Of a stretch of 64,000 bases of DNA, positions 17,402 to 25,790 are shown in pieces. Position numbers and translations under genes: made by a program. Position 1 is the first letter of the stretch, and each line of letters opens with the position of its first letter. Under the pieces are notes generated by a model. The model was not told the DNA's origin. It saw only the letters and a program-made list of their open reading frames with translations, and searched no databases. Source of the DNA: Polyangia bacterium. Lineage in GTDB: Bacteria; Myxococcota_A; Polyangia; Fen-1088. The stretch lies in NCBI GenBank assembly GCA_035578045.1, contig DATJWP010000207.1, positions 84,745 to 148,744 of the forward strand, in the 5' to 3' direction.

Positions 17402-18162
17402 CAGGCCGCCTCCGACACGGGCGGCGCGCCGTTGCCCGAGCCCGCCAGCAGGCGGAGATCGTAGAGCGACCGCCCTTCGGCGATGCTGGTCAGGCCGCGC
17501 TCGAGCAGGCGGGCCGAGACCGACAGGTTGCGGCCGTAGTTCTCGATGCGCTTGGCGAACGGCGACCAGAGCCCGTACGCCAGGATCAGGCCGTAGAAGG
17601 TGGCGAGCTGCGCCACCGCCATCGCCGGGCCGAGCTGCTCGAAGTTGCGCAGGTTGATGAGCATGTTCACCAGGCCCACGATCGTCCCCATCAGGCCGAC
17701 CGCCGGCGTGGTCCGAGCCAGGAACCGGAACACCTCCTCGGCCTCCTTCACCTGGGCCAGCCGGGCGTAGGACAGGGTGACGATCGTCTCGCGCGCGTCG
17801 GCCCCGCCGCCCGGCTGCAGCAGCAGCGGACCGACCTCGCGCAGCAGCGGGTCGGCGGCCTCGCTCAGCACCTTGGACGCCTCCACGGTGCGCCCCTGCT
17901 TCAGCTCGCGCCCGAAGCGATAGAGGTCGGCGATCATGCGCGCCTCGGCGCGGCGCGCGTGATAACGCAGCGCTTCGACCAGGGTGACCACGCCGCCCCA
18001 GATGTCGCGCAGGTCGTGGCCCACCAGCAGGATCGACGGGGGGGCCCCCAGCAGCAGGATCAACGCCGCCGGGTGGAAGAACCCGTTGAACCCGGTCGGC
18101 ATGTTGTGGTGGGTGGCCACCAGCGTCGCCCAGAGCCCGGCCAATCCAATGAGGATGTGCAT
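17401..18162 (-). CDS. motA: MotA/PomA-type stator protein
   Basis: N-terminal TMs (FFHPAALILLLG), cytoplasmic helical insert, TM3/TM4 PAVGLMGTIVGLVNML..LGPAMAVAQLATFYGLILAYGLWSPFAKRI. One-base overlap with motB. Confidence 0.88.
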   Translation of the reverse strand: MHILIGLAGLWATLVATHHNMPTGFNGFFHPAALILLLGAPPSILLVGHDLRDIWGGVVTLVEALRYHARRAEARMIADLYRFGRELKQGRTVEASKVLSEAADPLLREVGPLLLQPGGGADARETIVTLSYARLAQVKEAEEVFRFLARTTPAVGLMGTIVGLVNMLINLRNFEQLGPAMAVAQLATFYGLILAYGLWSPFAKRIENYGRNLSVSARLLERGLTSIAEGRSLYDLRLLAGSGNGAPPVSEAA

Positions 18163-18171
18163 CGTCGTTCC

Positions 18172-18879
18172 CTACTTTCCGAGACGCTGCAGCGCCTCCA
18201 GCACAGCCAGATTGTACGGGTTGAGGCGAAGGACCTGCTGCCAGGCCTCCCGGGCCAGGGTCTTGTTCCCCAGCCGCTCGTACAGCGACCCCTTCATGGA
18301 GAGGATGTGCTCGTCCTCGGGGTACTGCTTTTCCAGCTCCACCAGCTCCACCAGCCCCAGTTCGTAATGGCGCGTCCGGTAGAGTTCCTTCACGCGCTCC
18401 AAGGTGAGCAGGTAGCTGGGCCTGGCCGACGGTGGCTGCCCGGGGGTGGCCGGCTTGGCGGTGGCCTTCTTGGCCTTGTCGCTCTGGGCCTTTTCTCCCT
18501 CGTCGGGCTCGTCGGGCGCCATCTCGTCGCTGGCGCCGCGACGCGCCGCTTCGTTCTGGGCCAGGATCTCGCGGTCGGCGGAGGTCATGCTGGCCATGTC
18601 GACCCCGAACCCCGCTGTCGGCGAGCCGCTGAGCGGCACCCTCACCTCGTAGGCCGACGCGATCTCGGGGAGCTGGATCTCCCAGTCCCGCTGCCCGTCG
18701 GTCATCCGCACCACGTAGCGGCTGCGCGCCGGCTCGCCGCTGGCGGTGTAGGGCGAGCCGCGCAGCAGCTCGGGCGGCACGCGCACGTCGGCCGCCGTGC
18801 TGTTGCTGGCGCAGCCGGCGGCGGCCACCCCGACGAACGAGGCGCAGAAGAAGGCGTTGAAGAGATGAGTTCTTTGCAT
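18172..18879 (-). CDS. TPR-containing lipoprotein
   Basis: Lipobox AAAGC; C-terminal TPRs (MKGSLYERLGNKTLAREAWQQVLRLNPYN). Alternative GTG at 18888 overlaps the upstream stop. Confidence 0.82.
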   Translation of the reverse strand: MQRTHLFNAFFCASFVGVAAAGCASNSTAADVRVPPELLRGSPYTASGEPARSRYVVRMTDGQRDWEIQLPEIASAYEVRVPLSGSPTAGFGVDMASMTSADREILAQNEAARRGASDEMAPDEPDEGEKAQSDKAKKATAKPATPGQPPSARPSYLLTLERVKELYRTRHYELGLVELVELEKQYPEDEHILSMKGSLYERLGNKTLAREAWQQVLRLNPYNLAVLEALQRLGK

Positions 18880-18884
18880 GGTCG

Positions 18885-20462
18885 TCACCAGTTCATCGCC
18901 ACCCGGATCCGGAAGCCGAGCCCCCCCAGATCGTACCCGGAATAGGTGGTGGGGAGGATGTACATGAGGCCGGCTATCAACGAGAGCCGCCACTTGAGGT
19001 GCACGTCGACGCCGCTCTCGACATAGAAGGTGTTCCCCTCGTTGCCGGTGAACATCCCGCCCGCCTCGCCGTAGACCCAGATCTCGGGGAGGTTCAGGTT
19101 CGGCTTCGAGAGATCGTGCGAGTAGTAAGCGCCCAGGAGGATCGAGTTCAGCGCCTCGGGCTTCTTGGTGGTGCTGGGCGGGCCGGTGGTCAGGATGCCC
19201 GCGCTGATCCCGAACAGGTTCGATTGGCGCTCGCCGAACTTCTCGTGGAACCGCAGCGACACCTGGGCGGCGATCACGTCGCCGGTCGGCGCCGCGTACC
19301 CGATCTGCGCCAGGCCCAGCGTCGCCGCGTAGCCGTAGTTGGGGCGGCCGGCCATCTTCTGTTCCAGCTCGGCCGCCTTCTCGGCGCGGGATGGGATGCG
19401 CTGGCCGGTGCGCAGCAGCACCGCCATCGTGCCGTCCGAACGATAGGCGTCGCTCCAGACCACGCCACCGTCCGACGCCCGGAACGCCGTCGCCTCCATC
19501 CAGATGACGCCGGTGTCGGCGCTGTAGGTGAAGTCGAGGTCCATGAACGTCTTGATCCCCACCGTCGCGCCCAGGCGGCGGAGGTCTTCCTGTTTCACGG
19601 CCCCCAGCGTGATCACCCAGGCGCCGTTCTCGACCCGCGAGCGCAGCGACTCGCACTCGGCGCACACGGTGACCTTGACGGGCGTCGATTGCACCAGCCG
19701 CGCCGTCAGGCGAGCCTCCAGCGTGCGCGCGAACTCGGGCCGCAGGTTGGCCGACAGGTGCACCAGGCGGATCGCCATCGGCGACAGCAGGTTCGGGTCG
19801 ACCAGCGAGATCTGGCGGGCGACCTCGTCGAGCATGTCGTCGACCAGCTCGAAGAAGTCGACCGTGTCGGTGGAACGGCGGATGATCTGCTCGATCTCGG
19901 TGGGCGGGAGCGGTGTCGGCCCTGGGTTGGGCGGCTCCCGCTGAACGGTGCTCGCGTGGGTCCGGGACCCCGAGACGGAGACCACCGGCCGGTCGGGCTC
20001 GGGCGGCGGGGTCGGCTTCTTGGGCCTCTGTGGGACCTCCGCGTCGCTTCGCTGCCGGACCGGCGGGCGCGGGGGCCCCTTGGACGTCTGTTCCTGGGAC
20101 TGCGCCTGGGCCTGTTCCTGGGACTGTGCCTGGGCCTGTTCGTGGGCCTGTTCCTGGGACTGTGCCTGGGCCTGTGCCTGGGCCCGCGGGGCGGCGGCCG
20201 CCAGCGCAGCCGCCAGCAGGATCGGCAGCCCCCGAGCGCCGATGCGCTTCGCTCCGGGTCTCCTTCCCCCTCTCCCTGCGAAAGCATGGAGAGGGTCGGG
20301 GAGAGGTCCGGACCCCACTCGCCGAGCCCGCGGCTCGTCGGCCTCCCCCGCCTTCGCGGGAGAGGCGCAGAAGGACTGCTCGCGGACGTACTCGACGCTC
20401 ACACGCGGTCTCCTTCCCCCTCTCGAGAGGGTCGGGGAGAGGTCCGGCCCCCTAGAACGCAT
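18885..20462 (-). CDS. Outer-membrane protein: low-complexity Q/A/P region, CsgG/FlgO/TolB-N-like domain with CxxC, C-terminal beta-barrel; true start uncertain
   Basis: Signal-like LPILLAAALAAAAPRAQA; domain ARTLEARLTARL..CAEC..LRRLGATVGIKTFM..AFRASDGGVVWS; barrel ending RIRVAMNW. The 5' 200 bp coincide with a palindromic element. Confidence 0.7.
   Translation of the reverse strand: MRSRGPDLSPTLSRGGRRPRVSVEYVREQSFCASPAKAGEADEPRARRVGSGPLPDPLHAFAGRGGRRPGAKRIGARGLPILLAAALAAAAPRAQAQAQAQSQEQAHEQAQAQSQEQAQAQSQEQTSKGPPRPPVRQRSDAEVPQRPKKPTPPPEPDRPVVSVSGSRTHASTVQREPPNPGPTPLPPTEIEQIIRRSTDTVDFFELVDDMLDEVARQISLVDPNLLSPMAIRLVHLSANLRPEFARTLEARLTARLVQSTPVKVTVCAECESLRSRVENGAWVITLGAVKQEDLRRLGATVGIKTFMDLDFTYSADTGVIWMEATAFRASDGGVVWSDAYRSDGTMAVLLRTGQRIPSRAEKAAELEQKMAGRPNYGYAATLGLAQIGYAAPTGDVIAAQVSLRFHEKFGERQSNLFGISAGILTTGPPSTTKKPEALNSILLGAYYSHDLSKPNLNLPEIWVYGEAGGMFTGNEGNTFYVESGVDVHLKWRLSLIAGLMYILPTTYSGYDLGGLGFRIRVAMNW
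20088..20183. repeat. Coding tandem repeat of 12/24-bp units (AQAQSQEQ)
   Basis: CTGTTCCTGGGACTGTGCCTGGGC occurs three times, plus partial units. Confidence 0.85.
20257..20452. repeat. Composite REP-like palindromic element (two direct copies flanking a third hairpin)
   Basis: GGTCTCCTTCCCCCTCTC-[14 nt]-GAGAGGGTCGGGGAGAGGTCCGG at 20257-20311, and the same arms without the loop at 20407-20447. Related hairpin CCTCCCCCGC..GCGGGAGAGG at about 20342-20366. Confidence 0.8.
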
Positions 20463-21276
20463 AGCCCACCTGTACGCGGATTCCGTTTTGATCTTGTTTC
20501 AGGCTGCTGCTCCAGACGGTGTCGAGGTCCGTGCTCGGCGTCTTCTTGGCGTCGTCGAGGCTGGCGCCCGTATAGAACGCGTGCTCGTACACGTATTCGA
20601 CGCTCAAGCGGAAGGCGGAGACCGCGATCTGCAGGCCCCCGGAGAGGTTGAAGCTGTTCGCGCGACCCTCGCCGGCCTCCAGCATCGAGCCGCCGCCCAT
20701 CGGGTACGACACCACTTGCAGGTGAGCGCTGGTGATCGTCAGGCCCGTGCCCAGGAACGGGGTCAGCTTGGTCATCAGGATGTACCAGCGGCCATGGAAT
20801 CCGTACGACACGCGCGAGCAGTCGGCGGTGCCAGGGGTGGGGTTTCCGTAGTTGTCGACGCCGTCGCAGCTGATCGAACGGCGCCCGATCCAGGCCGCCA
20901 GCTCCAGGCTCTTGAGCACGTCCCAGCCGGCGGTCAGCCCGTAGGTCGCGATGCCGCTCCCCAGGAACGCGTCGACGAAGAACGGCTTGGTCGCCCGCGC
21001 CGGCTGCGTCTGCTCGACCCAGCGCTCGATCTTCGCGTCCCGGACCATCTCGGCGCTGACGATCGAGCCCTCGCGTTCGATGGTCAGCCGGCGCTCGAAG
21101 CGCTCCAGGTGGCAGGCGCGGCGGATCTGCTGCGCCGCCGGGCTCTCGTCGTCGTAGGGGAGGCCCAGGGCCCGCTCGCACGGGTTGTCGGGCACGATCT
21201 CGACGATTGATTGGGCCCGCGCGGTGACCGTCACCAGCAGCAACGCCGCGCCCACCAGCCAGGCTCTGGCGCTCAT
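20452..21276 (-). CDS. Outer-membrane beta-barrel protein with short N-terminal helical domain
   Basis: ATGA overlap; signal MSARAWLVGAALLLVTVTARA; strands including LTPFLGTG; terminal GIRVQVGYAF beta-signal. Confidence 0.78.
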   Translation of the reverse strand: MSARAWLVGAALLLVTVTARAQSIVEIVPDNPCERALGLPYDDESPAAQQIRRACHLERFERRLTIEREGSIVSAEMVRDAKIERWVEQTQPARATKPFFVDAFLGSGIATYGLTAGWDVLKSLELAAWIGRRSISCDGVDNYGNPTPGTADCSRVSYGFHGRWYILMTKLTPFLGTGLTITSAHLQVVSYPMGGGSMLEAGEGRANSFNLSGGLQIAVSAFRLSVEYVYEHAFYTGASLDDAKKTPSTDLDTVWSSSLKQDQNGIRVQVGYAF

Positions 21277-23201
21277 CGGGCCCCTCCGCTGGCCAGCGCC
21301 ACGCCGGGAGACCAGCGGTGCAGCAGGCTCGGATCGGAGCCGCGGCTGGGGACGAAGACCAGGGTGCCGGTCTCCTCGAGCGCCCCGCCCAGGTCGGCCT
21401 GCGGACGCTCGACGGCGTACTCCCGGCCCACCAGGATGTTCCCCAGCAGGATGGGGCGGTGCTCGGCGCCGACCGTCTCGGCGTAGGCGCGCGGCCCCGA
21501 CTTGAGGTGCGCGCTGGCCGCGCGGTACAGCGTGGTCAGTTCGTCGTCGACGGGCCCCCGCCCGGCCGCGTCCAGGTGCCGCTTGAGCGTCGCGACCAGC
21601 GTCGCCAGATCGGGCTGGTCGTCGCTGTCGACCAGGGCGGTCACCGCGTCCCTCGCGACGACCAGCAGCGCCTGCTGCCAGTCCACCGAGAGCGTGGCCC
21701 GTCGCCTGTCCCGGTGCTGTTCGGCCTCCAGCGACGCGATCAGCCCGCCGTCGTCCGCCTTCTTGGGGTTGGCCTTCAGGTTCTTCTGGGATTCGTCGCT
21801 GCCCTCTTGCCCGGCCAGCAGGTGGAACGTGCGGGCAAACTCGGCGCGGGCGCCGCCGCGCGCCGCCGCCACGCACTCGCGCGCCAGATGCTTGAGCTGG
21901 CGCCTCGGCTCGGTGTCGTTCTCGTAGAGCCAGCCAAAGGTGGTCATCGCCGACAGCGGCGCGCCCCCGTCCAGCGCCGCGGCCGCGAAGTCCTCGGCGC
22001 GCTCCAGCCGTTCGCGCGGCGGCCCCAGGGCCTCCAGGACCTCCATCGTCTCGGGCGATACGGGCGAGGCGCGCAGCGTGCGCAGCGCCATGTCCATGAT
22101 GGCGCTCAGCGCGGGATCGGCGGCGACCTCCTGGCGGCCGTGGCGGTGCAGCGCCTCGCGCGCCTCGGCCAGCAGCTCCGCGCGCCGGTTGGCCCGCGCG
22201 TGCGCCTCGGTCTGACGGAAGGCGATGTAGCGCCCGAGCGCGTCCTCGCCATGCGGCGGCGGGCCCAGGATCGCGACGGCTTCGTTCGGGCGCTGGGCGG
22301 CGGTCAGGCGATCGGCCAGCCGCAGCGCCAGCGCGCGCTGGGCGGGCGGCGACAGATCCAGGAGCAGCGCAGCGCGGCCGGTCGCCACCACGCGATCCAC
22401 CGGGATGGACGGATCGTCGATGGCGGCCAGCGCCGCCGCCAGCACCGCGCTCCGGCGCTCGCCCGGGTCCAGCGGCGGGGCCGCGGCGCCGCCGGCGGAG
22501 TCGAGCCGGGCCAGCGCCGTCACCGCCCGACCGGGGCGCGCGTGCGCCAGGTCCAGGACCGCCGCCTCCAGGGACAGGGGAGCGGCCGCCGGATGGTCGG
22601 GGGGGAGCGTGCTGGCCGCCACCGAGACCAGGGCGATCTCCGGGTCGGTGGCGTGCTCCGGCTGGTTGCGCGCCAGCGCCGGCGGGTTGGCGGGGCAGCG
22701 TTCCACCAGGACGGGCACCGGGGTCTCGTCGGGCCAGCGCTCCGGCTCGAGCGGCCAGGTCACCCGGCCCGGCGTGCGCGCGGCGGCGCGCGCGGGCGTC
22801 AGCATCGTGGGCGGCTCCTTCGGCGGTTCGGCGTTGCGGGCCAGTCGGACCCGCTCGATCTGGACCAGGCGCCGCAGGCGGTCCCAGGGGTCGACCAGCG
22901 GTGGATCGGCGGCACTCACGCGCGGAACGCGCGGCAGGGGTTCGCAACGCGCCAGCGCGAGGAGCTCGGACCAGAAGTCGAGCGCGCGGTCCGGGCGCTT
23001 GCGCTCGCGATCGGCCAGCGTCGTGAGGGCATCCCCGGCGACGACCAGGTCGCCGCGGGCGATCCCGTCGGCGGCCCGGTCCAGAAGATCCTCGCGCGTG
23101 GGGGGGACCGGCACGCGGGCGCCCAGCCAGTGCGCTCCGCCGGATCGTTGCGACCCGGCGCACGACATCAACAGGGCGACGCAGAGCAGGCGCGCGCGCA
23201 C
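21273..23201 (-). CDS. Large alpha-helical (TPR-like) lipoprotein
   Basis: 642-aa ORF, lipobox LLMSC, Ala/Leu/Arg-rich helical repeats, coupled to both neighbours. Confidence 0.72.
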   Translation of the reverse strand: MRARLLCVALLMSCAGSQRSGGAHWLGARVPVPPTREDLLDRAADGIARGDLVVAGDALTTLADRERKRPDRALDFWSELLALARCEPLPRVPRVSAADPPLVDPWDRLRRLVQIERVRLARNAEPPKEPPTMLTPARAAARTPGRVTWPLEPERWPDETPVPVLVERCPANPPALARNQPEHATDPEIALVSVAASTLPPDHPAAAPLSLEAAVLDLAHARPGRAVTALARLDSAGGAAAPPLDPGERRSAVLAAALAAIDDPSIPVDRVVATGRAALLLDLSPPAQRALALRLADRLTAAQRPNEAVAILGPPPHGEDALGRYIAFRQTEAHARANRRAELLAEAREALHRHGRQEVAADPALSAIMDMALRTLRASPVSPETMEVLEALGPPRERLERAEDFAAAALDGGAPLSAMTTFGWLYENDTEPRRQLKHLARECVAAARGGARAEFARTFHLLAGQEGSDESQKNLKANPKKADDGGLIASLEAEQHRDRRRATLSVDWQQALLVVARDAVTALVDSDDQPDLATLVATLKRHLDAAGRGPVDDELTTLYRAASAHLKSGPRAYAETVGAEHRPILLGNILVGREYAVERPQADLGGALEETGTLVFVPSRGSDPSLLHRWSPGVALASGGAR

Positions 23202-23203
23202 GG

Positions 23204-23911
23204 TCAGAGCAGCCCCCCCACGCTGAGGGCCGGCAGAGCGCCCAGCACCAGGACCCCCTGCCCGGAGCGCGACTCGCGCTCGACCGTCATCGATCCGTCG
23301 GCGCGGACGAACAGGCGCGGCGTCAGGAACACCAGCAGCCCCAGCCCGATGTCACCGGACGGCTCCACGTCGCCGCCGTAGTCGTGGATTCCGGCGTGCG
23401 CGAAGGCTTGCGGCTCCAGGTGAATCACGACGCCGGCGACCAGGAGCTTGCCGTAGCCGATCGAGTAGCGGCCGCCCACCAGGCCCAGCCAGGTGGGCGG
23501 TCGGCTGTCGGGGACGGCGCCCAGCGACTGCACGACATCTTCGGCGGTGCCGCTGAGCGAACTCCAGTAGTGCGAGAGCTGCACCTCGAAACCGAGCGAC
23601 TCGTTCAGGTAGTAGGCGGCGCCCAGCCGCAGGCCGGGGCTGATGTAGAAGTCGCCGCGCGCCAGGTACTCGGCGCCGGCGAACAGCTGCCAGCGCTGGG
23701 CCTTCTCGGCGAACCGTTGCTGCACGCGGGCCGCCGGTTGCGGCCGCGGCGCTGGCTCCCGGATGACAGCCTGGGAAGCCGGCGCCGCGACCGCCCCCGC
23801 CGCCGGTGGCCCGGAAGCCGGAACTTCGGTCGCGGCCGAAGCCGCAGGGACGAACAGCAGCAAGGCTAGCGCGCCGGATGCGCAACGCTGCCAGAGTGGT
23901 GTTGGACGCAC
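23204..23911 (-). CDS. Outer-membrane beta-barrel of the myxobacterial GltA/GltB/GltH-like family
   Basis: GTG at 23911; signal ending PAASA; VQQRFAEKAQRWQL...DFY..PGLRLGAAYYLNESLGFEV and YGKL resemble the family pattern as recalled. Confidence 0.72.
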   Translation of the reverse strand: MRPTPLWQRCASGALALLLFVPAASAATEVPASGPPAAGAVAAPASQAVIREPAPRPQPAARVQQRFAEKAQRWQLFAGAEYLARGDFYISPGLRLGAAYYLNESLGFEVQLSHYWSSLSGTAEDVVQSLGAVPDSRPPTWLGLVGGRYSIGYGKLLVAGVVIHLEPQAFAHAGIHDYGGDVEPSGDIGLGLLVFLTPRLFVRADGSMTVERESRSGQGVLVLGALPALSVGGLL

Positions 23912-23916
23912 GGCGG

Positions 23917-25644
23917 TTACTCGGTGGTGTTCGCGCACTGGGTGTCCGTGGTCCAGTCGAGGACGCCCGTGCCAGAGGTGGAGACATAGGGGTGGTCGCA
24001 GTACTTCGTGCAGACCTCCAGATCCATCGTGATGCTCACCGGGGTGAACTGGTCCGCGGGCGTGTTCGTCGACGGGTAGAGGAAGGGGAAGAAGGCAGGT
24101 GGATCGCTGCCGTCGATCGGCCAGATCGGACCCCCCGCCAGCGGCAGGGCACTGGTCATGTCGACCACCTGGTAACCGGCGGTAGCAACGCACACCTTCA
24201 GCCATCCGCCGGCGTTGGCGGTGGCCTGCGGGCCCGTGAGGAAGGCGACGGGCACCACCCGGTCCAGAATCTGGCTCTGGAACGGCAGCGAATCCTGCGT
24301 GTACGGGGTGAGCGCCTGTTTCAGCAGCGGATCGTCGGTCGACTCCCAGCCGTCCTCCGGCATCGACCAGGTGGGGCCGCTGGTCCGCTCCAGCCCCGGG
24401 CTGAAGATCCACGACACCGTTGTCAGGGTCTTCCCAGGCGGCGGCGCCTGCTCGAGGTCGTTGAACAGCTGCTGCAGTGAACCGCCCAGCGTGGGGTCCA
24501 GCGGCGCGTTGAGGTTGTTGAAATAGAAGAACTGATACTGCGGGTAGATCTGCGAGTACCCCGCGGCCGTCCGCTTGACCGTCGCGGCCATGGCGTCGGG
24601 GTCGGGCAGGCTCCGGCCGGTCTGCTGCGTGCAGCCCGCCGACCCGTCGGTCCCGTTGGGATCGAGCGCCAGGTTCAGCGTGTCCAGCTTGGTGTACGGC
24701 GCACCCGATTTCTTGATCGCCTGATCGATGGTGTTCTCGATCGACTGGAGGGCGTTGGTGCAGACGTCGGGGATGGGGACCGAGAGGTCGAAGACGATCT
24801 GGTAGATGACCGGCGACGCCTCGATGGGGGGCGCGTAGGTGATCGAGAGATCCGTCACCTGCGGCAGAGTCTCCATGCGGGTCTGCGCCAGCGCCGCGTC
24901 GCCATCGTCAGAGGGGACCGGACGCAGCCCCACGCAGTAGATGCCGTCGTCGCTCAGCGGAGGCGTCGGGGCGAATCCGCCCGACGGGTCGAGCGGTGAA
25001 AAGTCCACGCCGTCCGGAGCAGAATCCGACAGGCACAACCCCTTGGTCGGCCACATCGTGGTCACGTACGTCCGGGGGAAGAGGTAGGTGTAGTCGTTGT
25101 CGGCCGCGACGGCGTCCTTGATGTCGACGTAGACCAAGTCGTTCCCGTTGTGGAAGAACGACGTGACCGTCAAAGTATTCGTAATCGTTCTGGTCAACGG
25201 CAGCCCGCCGGGAAGCACGCCGTACGTGTCATGGACCCCCCGCACCGGATGGGTCGCTCCCGCCGGGACCGTGGGGGAGCCGCGCTGGACCAGCTGAAAG
25301 CAGGTCCCGGTGCCATCCCCGCAGGGGACGCTGCCCCCGGGGTAGGCCGATTGCGAGAAGTCGATCCTCTGGTATCCCGTGGGCCCGAGCAGCTCGAAGT
25401 GAAGCTGGTCCGAGGCCGGGTCGTCCGACGAGATCCGCCAGCGCACAATGGTGATGTCCTCCTGAGCGCTGTAGATCAGTTCAACATTCTGAGGGGTGAA
25501 CGGCGACGGAACGAACTCGACGGGCCCGCAACCCGAGACCAGCGCCACGGCACCGCCTGCTAGCAAGGCAAGGGCCAATGCGCGGCAGCGGGCGGGCCAA
25601 TCGGGCTGGCGTCGTCCGCAACCGCGTCGGCTGCGTGCTCGCAT
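23917..25644 (-). CDS. Large Cys-rich acidic lipoprotein (beta-rich N-terminus, possible degenerate VWA-like region)
   Basis: Lipobox LVSGC; many Cys pairs; YQIVFDLSVP resembles a first VWA strand; first gene of the operon. Confidence 0.72.
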   Translation of the reverse strand: MRARSRRGCGRRQPDWPARCRALALALLAGGAVALVSGCGPVEFVPSPFTPQNVELIYSAQEDITIVRWRISSDDPASDQLHFELLGPTGYQRIDFSQSAYPGGSVPCGDGTGTCFQLVQRGSPTVPAGATHPVRGVHDTYGVLPGGLPLTRTITNTLTVTSFFHNGNDLVYVDIKDAVAADNDYTYLFPRTYVTTMWPTKGLCLSDSAPDGVDFSPLDPSGGFAPTPPLSDDGIYCVGLRPVPSDDGDAALAQTRMETLPQVTDLSITYAPPIEASPVIYQIVFDLSVPIPDVCTNALQSIENTIDQAIKKSGAPYTKLDTLNLALDPNGTDGSAGCTQQTGRSLPDPDAMAATVKRTAAGYSQIYPQYQFFYFNNLNAPLDPTLGGSLQQLFNDLEQAPPPGKTLTTVSWIFSPGLERTSGPTWSMPEDGWESTDDPLLKQALTPYTQDSLPFQSQILDRVVPVAFLTGPQATANAGGWLKVCVATAGYQVVDMTSALPLAGGPIWPIDGSDPPAFFPFLYPSTNTPADQFTPVSITMDLEVCTKYCDHPYVSTSGTGVLDWTTDTQCANTTE

Positions 25645-25790
25645 CTGGATCTCGTTGGGGGCGCTCAATCCGCTCTCCGGGTTTTTGGCCCCGAGGCTGC
25701 ATGAAGCAAACTTCGTGCTCAGAAAGTCCGCAAAACGGACACTATAGGTAGTGCGAGATGGCGATGATTGTCTCTCAGATTTGTGAAACC

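Noticed and set aside
16730-18162. Zorya (ZorA/ZorB) anti-phage system
   Set aside because: The MotA-like protein has no long cytoplasmic tail, no ZorC/D/E nuclease or helicase is adjacent, and the neighbours are FliG-like and envelope proteins.
20088-20183. CRISPR-like array
   Set aside because: Contiguous 12/24-bp tandem units with no unique spacers, encoding a Q/A-rich linker; no cas genes.
13159-25644. Ordinary flagellar or type III secretion gene cluster
   Set aside because: No recognisable FlhA/B, FliP/Q/R, FliI, FliM/N, rod, hook, flagellin or secretin motifs in any ORF.
25700-25760. c-di-GMP-I riboswitch (GCAAAC...GCAAAAC spacing)
   Set aside because: No GNRA-capped P2 stem and no recognisable P3 or tetraloop receptor. 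An Infernal search against RF01051 would settle it.
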